Of a stretch of DNA of 64,000 bases, positions 1 to 9,209 are shown piece by piece. Both the position numbers and the translations under genes were made by a program. Source of the DNA: Candidatus Dojkabacteria bacterium (GTDB lineage Bacteria; Patescibacteriota; Dojkabacteria; B142; WJKM01); contig WJKM01000008.1 in NCBI GenBank assembly GCA_014729085.1, positions 163 to 64,162 on the forward strand, read 5' to 3'. The notes under the pieces were generated by a model. It was not told the DNA's origin. It searched no databases and saw only the letters and a list, made by a program, of their open reading frames with translations. Numbering within the stretch: the first letter of the stretch is position 1; each line of letters opens with the position of its first letter.

Positions 1-153
1 ATAATTTGATTGACTTGCTTCACTTTTATCTGGAGCTTTACTTTCTCTAATGTTGTAAAGGATTCCAAATGTCAATAAAATTGTAACAAAAAGGATTATA
101 AAGATGAATACCACTTTTTTATTACTATTTTGAACTGTGAGAGAATTTTTCAT
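1..153 (-). CDS. 5' part of a membrane-anchored surface protein (truncated by window start; not in ORF track)
   Basis: Manual translation MKNSLTVQNSNKKVVFIFIILFVTILLTFGILYNIRESKAPDKSEASQSNY; basic N-region, TM helix and the same AP..SEAS motif as the adjacent gene. Confidence 0.8.
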   Translation of the reverse strand, partial: MKNSLTVQNSNKKVVFIFIILFVTILLTFGILYNIRESKAPDKSEASQSNY

Positions 154-175
154 AATTTAAAATTTGAATATTTAC

Positions 176-1327
176 TTAACAACCATTTTTATATTTGTCT
201 ATAAAATTTTTAAAGTCATTTATGTCAATTATTTCATTCTCATCAGTATCTTTACTGCCACAATCTCCTATAGCTGTAGTATTACTACATGATTTCCCAT
301 ATAGTTCTTTAAAAGAGCTAAAGTCCGTAATATCTACCTGGAAATTTGAGTTTGTATCTATTGGACCACAACTGGGTTGAAGATTACTAGGTGAAGGAAT
401 GATAGTTGCTGAAATTACTTCTGTTTGTGTTAGGGTTGGAGTATTTGGTTGGGTTACAGTTGGATCTGTTGTAGTTCCAGTATATTCCATCTTTGCGATA
501 ACTGGAAAGTGGTCAGAGGATTTCATATTGTGATCAATATAGGCTTCAACCACCTTCCATTCTGAATTCTTTGAAACAAAAATATGATCAATTGTGGTTG
601 AATTTTCTCCTTTGCCACCGGATAGCTTATGCCATACCTCATCATTTACGCTATCTGTACATTGATCTGCTAATACTGGATTACATGCCTCGTAGAAATT
701 GGTTAAAAAGTTAGTGTAACATGAGGCTTTTTCGGACATATTAAAATCACCCAATAGAAATTTATTGTTGTTTTCATAATTCTTTTGAATTTTCAGTAAT
801 TCAAGATTACTTTTACATGGGTTTTTTGTGTTTGGGTGTATATTAAATAATCTTACTATATGTCCGGAAGGAAGAGTAACCTGGAAAGTCATAATTCTAC
901 GATCTTGAGCATCTGAATACGTTTGATAGTCTTCTATTGGGTAACGGCTAAAAATTGCCATATAATCTAATTCTTGTTTGGAGTTCATCTCCCACCCTTT
1001 TTCCTTTAATTGTTTTTTTAAAGTTTTATAATTATTGTTTGTATATATTTCCTGCATACAAATAAAATCTGGTTGTTTTGAGGCTATGTAATCAGTAATT
1101 TCATTCATTCTTTGTTCCAACTTTTTATAAAGTACATTGAAAGACATGAGTGTTATTTCCTCTTTTGCGAAGGAGTCTGATGCCTCACTTAATTCCGGAG
1201 CAGTTGATTGGTTTCTAATACTTTGGGAAATAAGTAAGATAATAATTAGTAAGGCTATTAATAAAAATACTATTAAAACTGAAGAACCCATTCTTTTTCT
1301 ATTATATTTATTAAAAGAGTTCATCAT
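176..1327 (-). CDS. Membrane-anchored endonuclease/exonuclease/phosphatase (EEP) protein with C-terminal dockerin-like paired EF-hand module
   Basis: TM; EEP motifs SFNV, MQEI, GDFN, IDHIF, SDHFPV; Thr/Pro linker; two DxNxNxxVD/IDxxDF loops. Confidence 0.85.
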   Translation of the reverse strand: MMNSFNKYNRKRMGSSVLIVFLLIALLIIILLISQSIRNQSTAPELSEASDSFAKEEITLMSFNVLYKKLEQRMNEITDYIASKQPDFICMQEIYTNNNYKTLKKQLKEKGWEMNSKQELDYMAIFSRYPIEDYQTYSDAQDRRIMTFQVTLPSGHIVRLFNIHPNTKNPCKSNLELLKIQKNYENNNKFLLGDFNMSEKASCYTNFLTNFYEACNPVLADQCTDSVNDEVWHKLSGGKGENSTTIDHIFVSKNSEWKVVEAYIDHNMKSSDHFPVIAKMEYTGTTTDPTVTQPNTPTLTQTEVISATIIPSPSNLQPSCGPIDTNSNFQVDITDFSSFKELYGKSCSNTTAIGDCGSKDTDENEIIDINDFKNFIDKYKNGC

Positions 1328-1788
1328 TTACTTGTACAATTATTTAGTTTATTCATTCTTATAAATTCATGTAGGTCGACTATGTTGATTCGTCCATTTG
1401 AATCAGCATCTTTGGGTCCGCAACCGTTATATTTTGGTATGTCAGAACAAGTTTTCTGATATACTTTAGTGAAATTGGTAAAATCGTCCAGATCTATTTT
1501 TTCGTTTTGATTTTCATCAATTGGGCCACAAAGTACTTTTTTTTCTATAATTTCTCCACTTTGATCTAAAATTTCACCACTTTCAGAGAGTAAGTGTTTA
1601 TTAAAAGTATTGTCTATAGAGGCTAGATTTATATTTTCTGATACTTTGATTACTTCGTCTTCAACCTGCCTATTTTTTTTCATAGTTATACTCATAACTA
1701 TTGCAGGTAAACAAATTACTAAGGTAATCAATAAGCTTAAAGCTGGTTTTTTTAATTTCTGTTTTTGATTTTTCGTGAATTTGAACAT
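1324..1788 (-). CDS. Small membrane protein consisting of a TM anchor, short stalk and dockerin-like module
   Basis: TM then CGPIDENQNEKIDLDDF...CGPKDADSNGRINIVD; homologous to neighbours' C-termini. Confidence 0.8.
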   Translation of the reverse strand: MFKFTKNQKQKLKKPALSLLITLVICLPAIVMSITMKKNRQVEDEVIKVSENINLASIDNTFNKHLLSESGEILDQSGEIIEKKVLCGPIDENQNEKIDLDDFTNFTKVYQKTCSDIPKYNGCGPKDADSNGRINIVDLHEFIRMNKLNNCTSK

Positions 1789-1818
1789 AAACTTATCGTA
1801 TTATATTAAAAGCCGTAA

Positions 1819-3057
1819 CTAATCGCATCCATGTTTATATAAATTAATAAAATTTTGGAAATCTATGATATCAATCAAACCGTTTCCATCCGAATCTTTA
1901 CTTCCGCAACCTCCGATTTGAATTGTATCAGTGCAGTTCTTTCCGTATATATTTTTAAAGGATTCAAAGTCTGTTATATCTACTTCAAAATTTGAATTTG
2001 TATCTATTGGTCCACATGTTTGCCCAATAACAGTAGGAACCGGTGAGGAAGTTTCAGTTGGATTTAAAGATGAAGTTGGTTTTATACTTGAAGTTGGATT
2101 TAAAGATGAAGTTGGTTTTGTACTTGAAGTTGGACTTTGAGTTATTGTATTAGTTGGGCTTGTTGTGATGGAGTTTATTGAAAATCTTCCAATTACTGGG
2201 TAATGGTCAGAAATTTTTTGGTTGTAATCTGTTTTTACTTCGATTACTTGTAAGTTCGTATTATGGAAAATATAATCAATTGCATATCCTCCGGAACTGG
2301 GATCCCCTACAGTTACTTCACAAGTCTTATTGCTAGATTGAGTACATGCATCTGTATAAAGTTTAGATAATTCTGGATAACAATATCTATCTTTTGTGAA
2401 GTTATAATCTCCAAGTATAAATGTATTTCGATCTTGATATTGTTTAACTACTCCCTTAAATTGATCAAAATAATCGTGATCCTTATTACAAGCTGGTACT
2501 GGGTGAGGATGATGATTAATCACCCATATATTGTTTCCTGAATTAGGGCTAATTTTGGCAGCTTGAATTACATGTTGTTCTCCACCGTAGGGAGAATCAA
2601 AAATATAGTTTTTATGATCAAGAATTGGGTATTTACTAAATATCGCATTGGATAGTGTTATTCCATCAATTTTAAGATTTTTCCTTTTTTTTACAATCAC
2701 ATACATCGGATAATTTTTTTCCTCTAATTTGGGTATTAGAAATTCATTTAAAGGTTTCCCATCTCTATCAAAAGGAAATTCTTGGAAGCCAATAATATCT
2801 ATTTCATTGTTAATAATGTAGTCGGCAAGCCCGTTAATATAGTTAGCATAATTTTTATTTTGTGTGGGATGCGAAACACGTAGATTAAATGTCATAAATG
2901 TTAGTTCATTTTCTTTGTTTTCTGAAGCTTTATCTCTAAAATCTAAGTTTTGCCTAGATATTTGATTAGCAAAGACTATGAATATTAAAAGGATTATGAA
3001 TAGGCCTAAAACTATAAATGATTTATATTTGGATTTTATACTATGAATCGTTTTCAT
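1819..3057 (-). CDS. Second membrane-anchored EEP protein with C-terminal dockerin-like module
   Basis: TFNL, FQEF, GDYN, IDYIF, SDHYPV; PTSS-repeat linker; C-terminus closely similar to 176..1327. Confidence 0.85.
   Translation of the reverse strand: MKTIHSIKSKYKSFIVLGLFIILLIFIVFANQISRQNLDFRDKASENKENELTFMTFNLRVSHPTQNKNYANYINGLADYIINNEIDIIGFQEFPFDRDGKPLNEFLIPKLEEKNYPMYVIVKKRKNLKIDGITLSNAIFSKYPILDHKNYIFDSPYGGEQHVIQAAKISPNSGNNIWVINHHPHPVPACNKDHDYFDQFKGVVKQYQDRNTFILGDYNFTKDRYCYPELSKLYTDACTQSSNKTCEVTVGDPSSGGYAIDYIFHNTNLQVIEVKTDYNQKISDHYPVIGRFSINSITTSPTNTITQSPTSSTKPTSSLNPTSSIKPTSSLNPTETSSPVPTVIGQTCGPIDTNSNFEVDITDFESFKNIYGKNCTDTIQIGGCGSKDSDGNGLIDIIDFQNFINLYKHGCD
2056..2134. repeat. Intragenic 36-bp tandem duplication encoding PTSSxx linker repeats
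   Basis: agttggatttaaagatgaagttggtttt(a/g)tacttga occurs twice plus a partial third copy. Confidence 0.85.
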
Positions 3058-4171
3058 ATTGTAATTTAATACTATCTATGGTTTTTTGAAAGTACGTTAG
3101 GTTGTGGATACTTGCTAGCCTCCAACCAACTGCATCGTTGATTTTTATAAGGTGTCTTAGATAGGCCCGAGTAACAGTTGAGCAACATTCACATTTACAA
3201 TTTGGATCTACAGGTTTATTTGAAAACTTATATCTTTTGCCTTTAATGTTTAAAACAGAATAATTATTAAAATCCTTATTTCCATGTCCTTTAGAAACAT
3301 ATAAGTATCCATGCCGTCCATTTCTTGTTGGTAAAACGGTATCAAAAATGTCCCATCCGACTTTTGTTGAAAAGATCATGTCGTCGGGTGACCCCACTCC
3401 CATAGCATATTTTATTTTATCATCAGGGATTAAATTAGACACATATTCCAGCATTTCATGATGAAATCCGCGAGGAGCATTTGAACGCCAGTCCTTTTCT
3501 TTATGGATTGGAGGTCCACCAAAGTTATAAAGATCAAAGCCAATTGAAAGAAGTTCTTCTGCACTTTGTTTTCTGAGATCTTTGTTGTTCCCACCTTGAA
3601 TAACAGCTCCTATTAAAGGTCTTTTAATTTTAGGATTATTAAAGTCTTGCTCGGTTAAATGATGTAGTTCGAGAAACTTGTCTTTTGATCTTTTAGCCCA
3701 TTGAGTATTTCTTTTTATAGCCTGTTTGAGCTGGGAGGTGGGGGCATCATGTTGAACAGGAACGTCCAATACAGTTACGATATCTGTTCCTAAATTGAAC
3801 TGTATAATCTGAGATATTTCAGGACTTAGAAAGTGGTATTTACCATTTTCTGGGTCTATAAACGAGCAACCCGCATCAGTTATTGCATTCTTATTGCCTG
3901 GCCTTCTATAAATTAAAGAGAATACCTGGTATCCTCCGCTGTCGGAAAGAATTGGTTTATTCAATCCAAAGAAGCCATGTACTCCTCCCATCTGATCTAT
4001 GTATTCACTTCCTCTCTTTTGTTCAAGATGCAAGGTTGTAGTAACAATTTGATTGGTGCCTGTTTTTTCCAAATCATCCCATGTTAATGCTTTTATAGTT
4101 CCATAAGTCGCATCTGGAAAGAAGGCCGGTGTTTCAATTTTTCCATGATTAGTATGAATAAATTTTTTCAT
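3041..4171 (-). CDS. tgt: tRNA-guanine transglycosylase
   Basis: HGKIETPAF, DSGGYQVFSL, IQGG, MGVG, FDTVLPTRNGRHG, zinc site CKCECC...HNL. Confidence 0.9.
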   Translation of the reverse strand: MKKFIHTNHGKIETPAFFPDATYGTIKALTWDDLEKTGTNQIVTTTLHLEQKRGSEYIDQMGGVHGFFGLNKPILSDSGGYQVFSLIYRRPGNKNAITDAGCSFIDPENGKYHFLSPEISQIIQFNLGTDIVTVLDVPVQHDAPTSQLKQAIKRNTQWAKRSKDKFLELHHLTEQDFNNPKIKRPLIGAVIQGGNNKDLRKQSAEELLSIGFDLYNFGGPPIHKEKDWRSNAPRGFHHEMLEYVSNLIPDDKIKYAMGVGSPDDMIFSTKVGWDIFDTVLPTRNGRHGYLYVSKGHGNKDFNNYSVLNIKGKRYKFSNKPVDPNCKCECCSTVTRAYLRHLIKINDAVGWRLASIHNLTYFQKTIDSIKLQYENDS

Positions 4172-4300
4172 TTTACTTAATTATGATTAAATACTTTATA
4201 ATTATATATAAAATTAACTTTTGCAAATAGGATAATAAAAGTTATTCGATTTTAATATAATTGGTAATAAATAGATATTTTAAAATTTGAGAATATAAAT

Positions 4301-5143
4301 ATGTATATTACAATAGATGTTGGAGGAACAAATTCAAGAATTACCTCATTTGAGTCATTAACCAATCCTGAAATTGGAGAGATAATAAGTTTTAAAAATG
4401 AAGATAGTTATAATTCGGACATGACAAAGATTATTAAGGCAATAGAGCAAATTGGGGGTTCAGGAGTAGATAAGATTGGAATATGTGTCCCGGCAGTTAT
4501 TGATAAGAAGAAGGAAAAAATCATTTCATGCAGTAATTTGATGGATTGGATAAATAAACCTATTAGAAATGATTTAATCCAGCGTTTTAATTGTCCTGTT
4601 TTTTTAGAAAATGATGCAGTAGCATCTGCTTTAGCGGAAGCTTATTTTGGATATGGAAAAAGAAAAGATTTTATACTGGTAATTTGGGGCACTGGAATTG
4701 GAGGCACAGCTGTAAAATTTTTCAAGGGAAATCCTTTAGTTGAACCATTTGAACCCGGGCATCATATATTAGATTTCGATGGTCCTGAGTGTACATGTGG
4801 TCAAAAAGGATGTATACAACTGAGTTGTGGCGGTTCTGGAATTCAATATACTTTTAAGAAAACAGCCGAAAATTTAAATGAGAAAGAATGGACCCTTGTA
4901 CTTAGAGATTTTGCTCATTGCCTTATGAATATTATCATGATGCGTCCTACGAATTTAATTATATTAGGTGGAGGTATAGCAATTAATCAATTTTCAAGAA
5001 TAAATAAACTAAAAAAAATACTTGAGGAAAAGTTAACTGTTTATCCTGTTCCTGAAATCAAGATATCAAAGTTAAGAGAAAATTTAGGGTTATTCGGTTC
5101 ATTAGCATTGATAAATTTAAATATTGAAAAGAAACATGTTTAA
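4301..5143 (+). CDS. ROK family sugar kinase
   Basis: IDVGGT, LENDA, GTGIGG, EPGH...CTCGQKGC zinc motif. Confidence 0.9.
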   Translation: MYITIDVGGTNSRITSFESLTNPEIGEIISFKNEDSYNSDMTKIIKAIEQIGGSGVDKIGICVPAVIDKKKEKIISCSNLMDWINKPIRNDLIQRFNCPVFLENDAVASALAEAYFGYGKRKDFILVIWGTGIGGTAVKFFKGNPLVEPFEPGHHILDFDGPECTCGQKGCIQLSCGGSGIQYTFKKTAENLNEKEWTLVLRDFAHCLMNIIMMRPTNLIILGGGIAINQFSRINKLKKILEEKLTVYPVPEIKISKLRENLGLFGSLALINLNIEKKHV

Positions 5144-5615
5144 GTATTTATTAAAGTTGTTTGAGAAGAGAGATATAGGTATTGAGTTGGATAAGTCTTT
5201 AGCACGTTGGGAAGTTCAAGGAATTAAAGATTACCCTTCTCTATTTAAAAATTTAGGTCAAATAATTCCTGATGATTCTGTTTTATATTTTGAAGGAGGT
5301 TCTCCAAGTAACGATTTGCTCGAATTCCTTCAGAAGAATAAGATTACTGATGATGTTAAAATTAAATTTGGTACAATATTTCCCAGACCAACAGTTTATA
5401 AAATACCGGCAACTAATAAAAACCTTCGTACATTATCAAAAATCACCGAAGGTTATGCAGAGCCTGAGGTAGCAGTCCATTTTCACGTTTATAAAGATGA
5501 TAAGCTATTAGTTGAATGGTTTGATGCATTTTTTCAATCAATGTTATTATCTTCTATTTTTTCCGAAAAAAAAGTACAAAATTTTACAAAGAGTATAGGA
5601 GCTACATATAAATAA
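5136..5615 (+). CDS. Hypothetical protein
   Basis: Open frame with ATG at 5136 overlapping the ROK stop; no recognised motif. Confidence 0.6.
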   Translation: MFKYLLKLFEKRDIGIELDKSLARWEVQGIKDYPSLFKNLGQIIPDDSVLYFEGGSPSNDLLEFLQKNKITDDVKIKFGTIFPRPTVYKIPATNKNLRTLSKITEGYAEPEVAVHFHVYKDDKLLVEWFDAFFQSMLLSSIFSEKKVQNFTKSIGATYK

Positions 5616-5885
5616 AATAATTGCGAGATTTGAAATCATACCAAAGAGTACAACAACTCACGTACAAGTTGGATTATTAACAGAAATTGATAAAGATAAT
5701 AACTGAAAAAAATATGATTAGTGAAAGAGTGTCGATGTCTCTTGATGATATTAAGAATTCAATTTAGGAGAATAGTTTTAAATGGTCTAAAGCACAATAC
5801 AGGTTATAGGATCTCTTCACCAAAGTTAATAGAAAGTAAAATGATGATTTTAAAATTTGTTAATTAAATTAAAAAATTATTAATA

Positions 5886-6215
5886 ATGAAGTTAACTACA
5901 GCGGGTAATATTCAGAGCTCAAATGTCAGTGAAGAAGAATTAAGAGAAGCTTTTGCAAATGATAGGGAAAGAGGAGAATTCATAATTCTGAGTCAAGGGC
6001 CTCAGCAATATATCCAAGCAGCAGGTGAAGGAAATGATCCTTATACATTAGAGTATAGAGATGGAGACCGAGAAAGGCATTTTCAATGTACCTCTCCGGT
6101 AACCAAGGATAAGGTAGAAACTGTTTTTATTCAGTATTTGAAGAGAGATGAGTCCTGGAAAACCGATTTTTCATGGGAAAAAATGGATTTTAGACCTTGG
6201 TGGAAGTTTTGGTGA
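5886..6215 (+). CDS. Hypothetical protein with C-terminal RPWWKFW motif
   Basis: Clean ORF with protein-like composition; aromatic-basic tail. Confidence 0.7.
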   Translation: MKLTTAGNIQSSNVSEEELREAFANDRERGEFIILSQGPQQYIQAAGEGNDPYTLEYRDGDRERHFQCTSPVTKDKVETVFIQYLKRDESWKTDFSWEKMDFRPWWKFW

Positions 6216-6220
6216 ATTAA

Positions 6221-6844
6221 TTGTTTTTATTATTTACTATGGTTTTAAGCCTTTCAGACATAAGAGCAAATCCTGAAATTTTAACATTTAAAATTAGATT
6301 AAACTCTAAAGAAAAATTAACTCTTCGACCATTGGAGAAAGATGATTGCGAGTTATTGAATAGATTTCTTGAAGGTTTATCTGAACAGACTCGTGAATTC
6401 TACATCTATCCAAGTTATGATTTTTCTATGGCTAAAGAGTTATGTGATGCAATTAATCGTTATGATAAACTACGCTTTGTTCTCAATATTCATCCAAAGG
6501 AAGAGATTATTGCTCTTTTCGAATATAGTTTTGATATTCCCGAATCCGATCGAAATCGGTTTAAAAAATATGAAATAAATCTAAGTTTAGATAGGGATTG
6601 TAGGCTTGGCCCTTGTATCTCTGATGTTTTTCAAAATCGGGGTATTGGATCAGCCATTTTTCCTTATCTTATTGAAATAGCAAAACGTTTTCAGCAGAAG
6701 AGAATAATTCTCTGGGGAGGAGTATTTAAGGAAAATAAACTTGCAATAACCTTTTATGAAAATAATGGTTTTGAACATCTTGGGGAATTTGTTAACAGTG
6801 AAAATAAAGTATGTTTAGATATGATTTACAAAATATTCAATTAA
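6221..6844 (+). CDS. GNAT family acetyltransferase (start may be ATG 6239)
   Basis: FQNRGIGS acetyl-CoA motif; N..AITFYENNGF. Confidence 0.85.
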   Translation: MFLLFTMVLSLSDIRANPEILTFKIRLNSKEKLTLRPLEKDDCELLNRFLEGLSEQTREFYIYPSYDFSMAKELCDAINRYDKLRFVLNIHPKEEIIALFEYSFDIPESDRNRFKKYEINLSLDRDCRLGPCISDVFQNRGIGSAIFPYLIEIAKRFQQKRIILWGGVFKENKLAITFYENNGFEHLGEFVNSENKVCLDMIYKIFN

Positions 6845-6893
6845 TTTAGATATTATATTTCATAGACATAATTTAGCTATTAGATAGATTAAG

Positions 6894-7520
6894 ATGAAAT
6901 TTTATCTTTCGTCATACAAATTAGGAAATGAGTATAAAAAATTGCAAAAAATGATATCAAAGACCAATCAAAAGCTCGCATATATCTCAAACGCTTTAGA
7001 TTTTTCAAATGATATTAATAGAAGAAAAAAAAGTGTAGAATCGGACATAAACGATTTACAGAGATTTAATGTTTCTATTCAAAAAGTTGATCTTAGAGAA
7101 TATTTTGGTAAAAGACAAAAATTACAGGAAATAATTCGCGAATATGATTTATTGTGGGTCAGAGGTGGTAATACCTTTGTTTTAAGACAAGCTATGAAAT
7201 TAAGTGGATTTGATGAAATATTATTAGCAATGTGGAAAAATCAAGAGAAAAAAATATATGGAGGGTATAGTGCAGGAGTATGCGTTCTAACTCAAACATT
7301 ACGAGGGATCGAATTAGTGGATGATGTAAGTCAAAAACCTTATGGTACAGATGTTGAAGTTATATGGAATGGTTTGGGAATTTTAGATTATCAAGTTGCT
7401 CCTCATTATAAGTCGGATCATCCAGAAACTGAGGATGTTGATAGATTGGTGAATTATTATATTGAAAATAAGATTTTATTTAAAGCTTTAAGGGATGGGG
7501 ATGTAATAACTATTGAGTAA
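6894..7520 (+). CDS. Peptidase S51 (dipeptidase E-like)
   Basis: VRGGNTF, GYSAG nucleophile elbow, APHY. Confidence 0.85.
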   Translation: MKFYLSSYKLGNEYKKLQKMISKTNQKLAYISNALDFSNDINRRKKSVESDINDLQRFNVSIQKVDLREYFGKRQKLQEIIREYDLLWVRGGNTFVLRQAMKLSGFDEILLAMWKNQEKKIYGGYSAGVCVLTQTLRGIELVDDVSQKPYGTDVEVIWNGLGILDYQVAPHYKSDHPETEDVDRLVNYYIENKILFKALRDGDVITIE

Positions 7521-7524
7521 GTTT

Positions 7525-8322
7525 TCAATCAAATTCATTGTAGATTTTAATCCAGGTTTTAAATTCAACTTCAGCTGACCTGAGGTTTTCATGGAGTTTA
7601 AGATTATTAAAAATAGTTTTCCAGTTTGTATCCTTATATATTGATTTTAATGTGTTTATAAGTTTTTTCCTTGGTGTCCGAAAAGCGTTTTTTAAAAATT
7701 TGGAGAAATTAACAGGATTGTCAATTTTTTCTAGACAATGTGGTCTAATTTGGATGACGGCTCCATGAACTTTAGGTCGAGGATGGAAATATTGTTTATC
7801 CACTGTGAATTCATATGTTATGTCCGAAAAGATGTGGGCGTAATTACTTAGAAATGTAGCTTTTGGGGGTTTTGCTGTGTAAGCTTCTGCAACTTCTTTT
7901 TGAATAATGAAGATACATTTTTTTGGTTTAAAGTTAGTTTCTACAAATTTGCTTATGATAGGCTTTGAAATATTGTAAGGTAATGAACCAAATACTTTAT
8001 AGGAAGTCCCTTTGTACCGTTTAAGATCGAAATTTAAGATATCTTCATTTATTATCTCAATATTACAATTAAACTGTTCGAGAAGAGCAGGACTAAATTT
8101 GTCTTTTAAAAATGATACGAGTTCTGAGTCGATTTCTACAAGATCTACTTGTGATACATTTGGGATTATACCTTCTGTAAAACGACCGTCCCCTGGACCA
8201 ATTTCTAAAATCGTGTCCGATTCCTTCATTTCTAGTAACTCCAAAGTATCAATAATTACTTTAAAATTCTTAATAAAGTTTTGCCCAAACTTTTTTTTAA
8301 AATCATGATTTTTTTTAAGCAT
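7525..8322 (-). CDS. rsmA: 16S rRNA dimethyladenosine transferase
   Basis: KKKFGQNF, LEIGPGDG, VEID, SLPYNIS, QKEVA, FHPRPKV. Confidence 0.95.
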   Translation of the reverse strand: MLKKNHDFKKKFGQNFIKNFKVIIDTLELLEMKESDTILEIGPGDGRFTEGIIPNVSQVDLVEIDSELVSFLKDKFSPALLEQFNCNIEIINEDILNFDLKRYKGTSYKVFGSLPYNISKPIISKFVETNFKPKKCIFIIQKEVAEAYTAKPPKATFLSNYAHIFSDITYEFTVDKQYFHPRPKVHGAVIQIRPHCLEKIDNPVNFSKFLKNAFRTPRKKLINTLKSIYKDTNWKTIFNNLKLHENLRSAEVEFKTWIKIYNEFD

Positions 8323-8334
8323 ATATTTTTTAAC

Positions 8335-9132
8335 TTATTTTACGTATCGGTCTAGAATATATTTATGGGCTTGAATTTCTTCTTTATTGTCTAAAGGTTC
8401 AAGTTTAATACTTCTATCATTATATTTTCTTACTAATGCAAGCCATATCAAATAATCTGCAAAGTGCGGATTTTTCGGAAGAAAGGAGCCGTGCATATAG
8501 CTTCCAAATACATTTCTATATCTGGCACCTTCATATTTTGCCGAATAATTATTACCAAAGCCTTTGATTGTATTTGCAAGAGGCTTAACTTTGTCACTTG
8601 TGAAATAAGTTTGTCCCCAATGATTTTCAAATCCAACTAGAGTATGTAAAATTTTTATGTCCTTAGTATAGATTTTTTTTATTTCGTTATATATATCATG
8701 GTCTAATTCAGCAATTAGATTTCCTATACATCTGTTTTTTACTTCTTTTCCAGGCGCTTTAGTTTCTATATCTATTATGCCAAGTCCTTTTGTGTTTTTG
8801 CCATCCCCCATTAAAAAAGAATGTCCTATAAGTTGATACCCTCCGCAAACACCTAGTAATACTGTATTATTTTCAATATCTTCTTGAATAGTCTTGTATT
8901 TGGTTTTATGAAAGTCGTCAACTATTAGAATTTGGTCATTATCTTGTCCTCCCCCAATGAAATATATGTCTGTTTTTGATGGTTCTATTTTATCTTCTAA
9001 ACCCAGATTATTTATTTGAAAGTCAATCCCATGCCATTCACACCTTCGTTCTAAACATATAATATTTCCGATATCACCATAGAGATTTAGGTGTTTAGGA
9101 TAGAGATGTGCGATTGTTAAATTCAAGTTCAT
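8335..9132 (-). CDS. gatD: Lipid II isoglutaminyl synthase glutaminase subunit
   Basis: HLYP..LNLYGD.GN, GGGQD, VCGGYQL, GFENH, SYMHG..LPKNP; downstream of murT. Confidence 0.9.
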   Translation of the reverse strand: MNLNLTIAHLYPKHLNLYGDIGNIICLERRCEWHGIDFQINNLGLEDKIEPSKTDIYFIGGGQDNDQILIVDDFHKTKYKTIQEDIENNTVLLGVCGGYQLIGHSFLMGDGKNTKGLGIIDIETKAPGKEVKNRCIGNLIAELDHDIYNEIKKIYTKDIKILHTLVGFENHWGQTYFTSDKVKPLANTIKGFGNNYSAKYEGARYRNVFGSYMHGSFLPKNPHFADYLIWLALVRKYNDRSIKLEPLDNKEEIQAHKYILDRYVK

Positions 9133-9209
9133 GTTTTTAGATTAAAAGACGTAAAGCTATAAATTTTAAATAATGAAGCACATATATATTTTAATTGTTG
9201 TCGGGTAAG

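Noticed and set aside
5616-5885. Possible decayed gene in the spacer
   Set aside because: Coding-like composition but multiple stops and no recognisable homology; cannot be supported
4301-7520. Integron-like cassette array of small co-oriented genes
   Set aside because: No attC-like RYYYAAC...GTTRRRY inverted structures or integrase recognised
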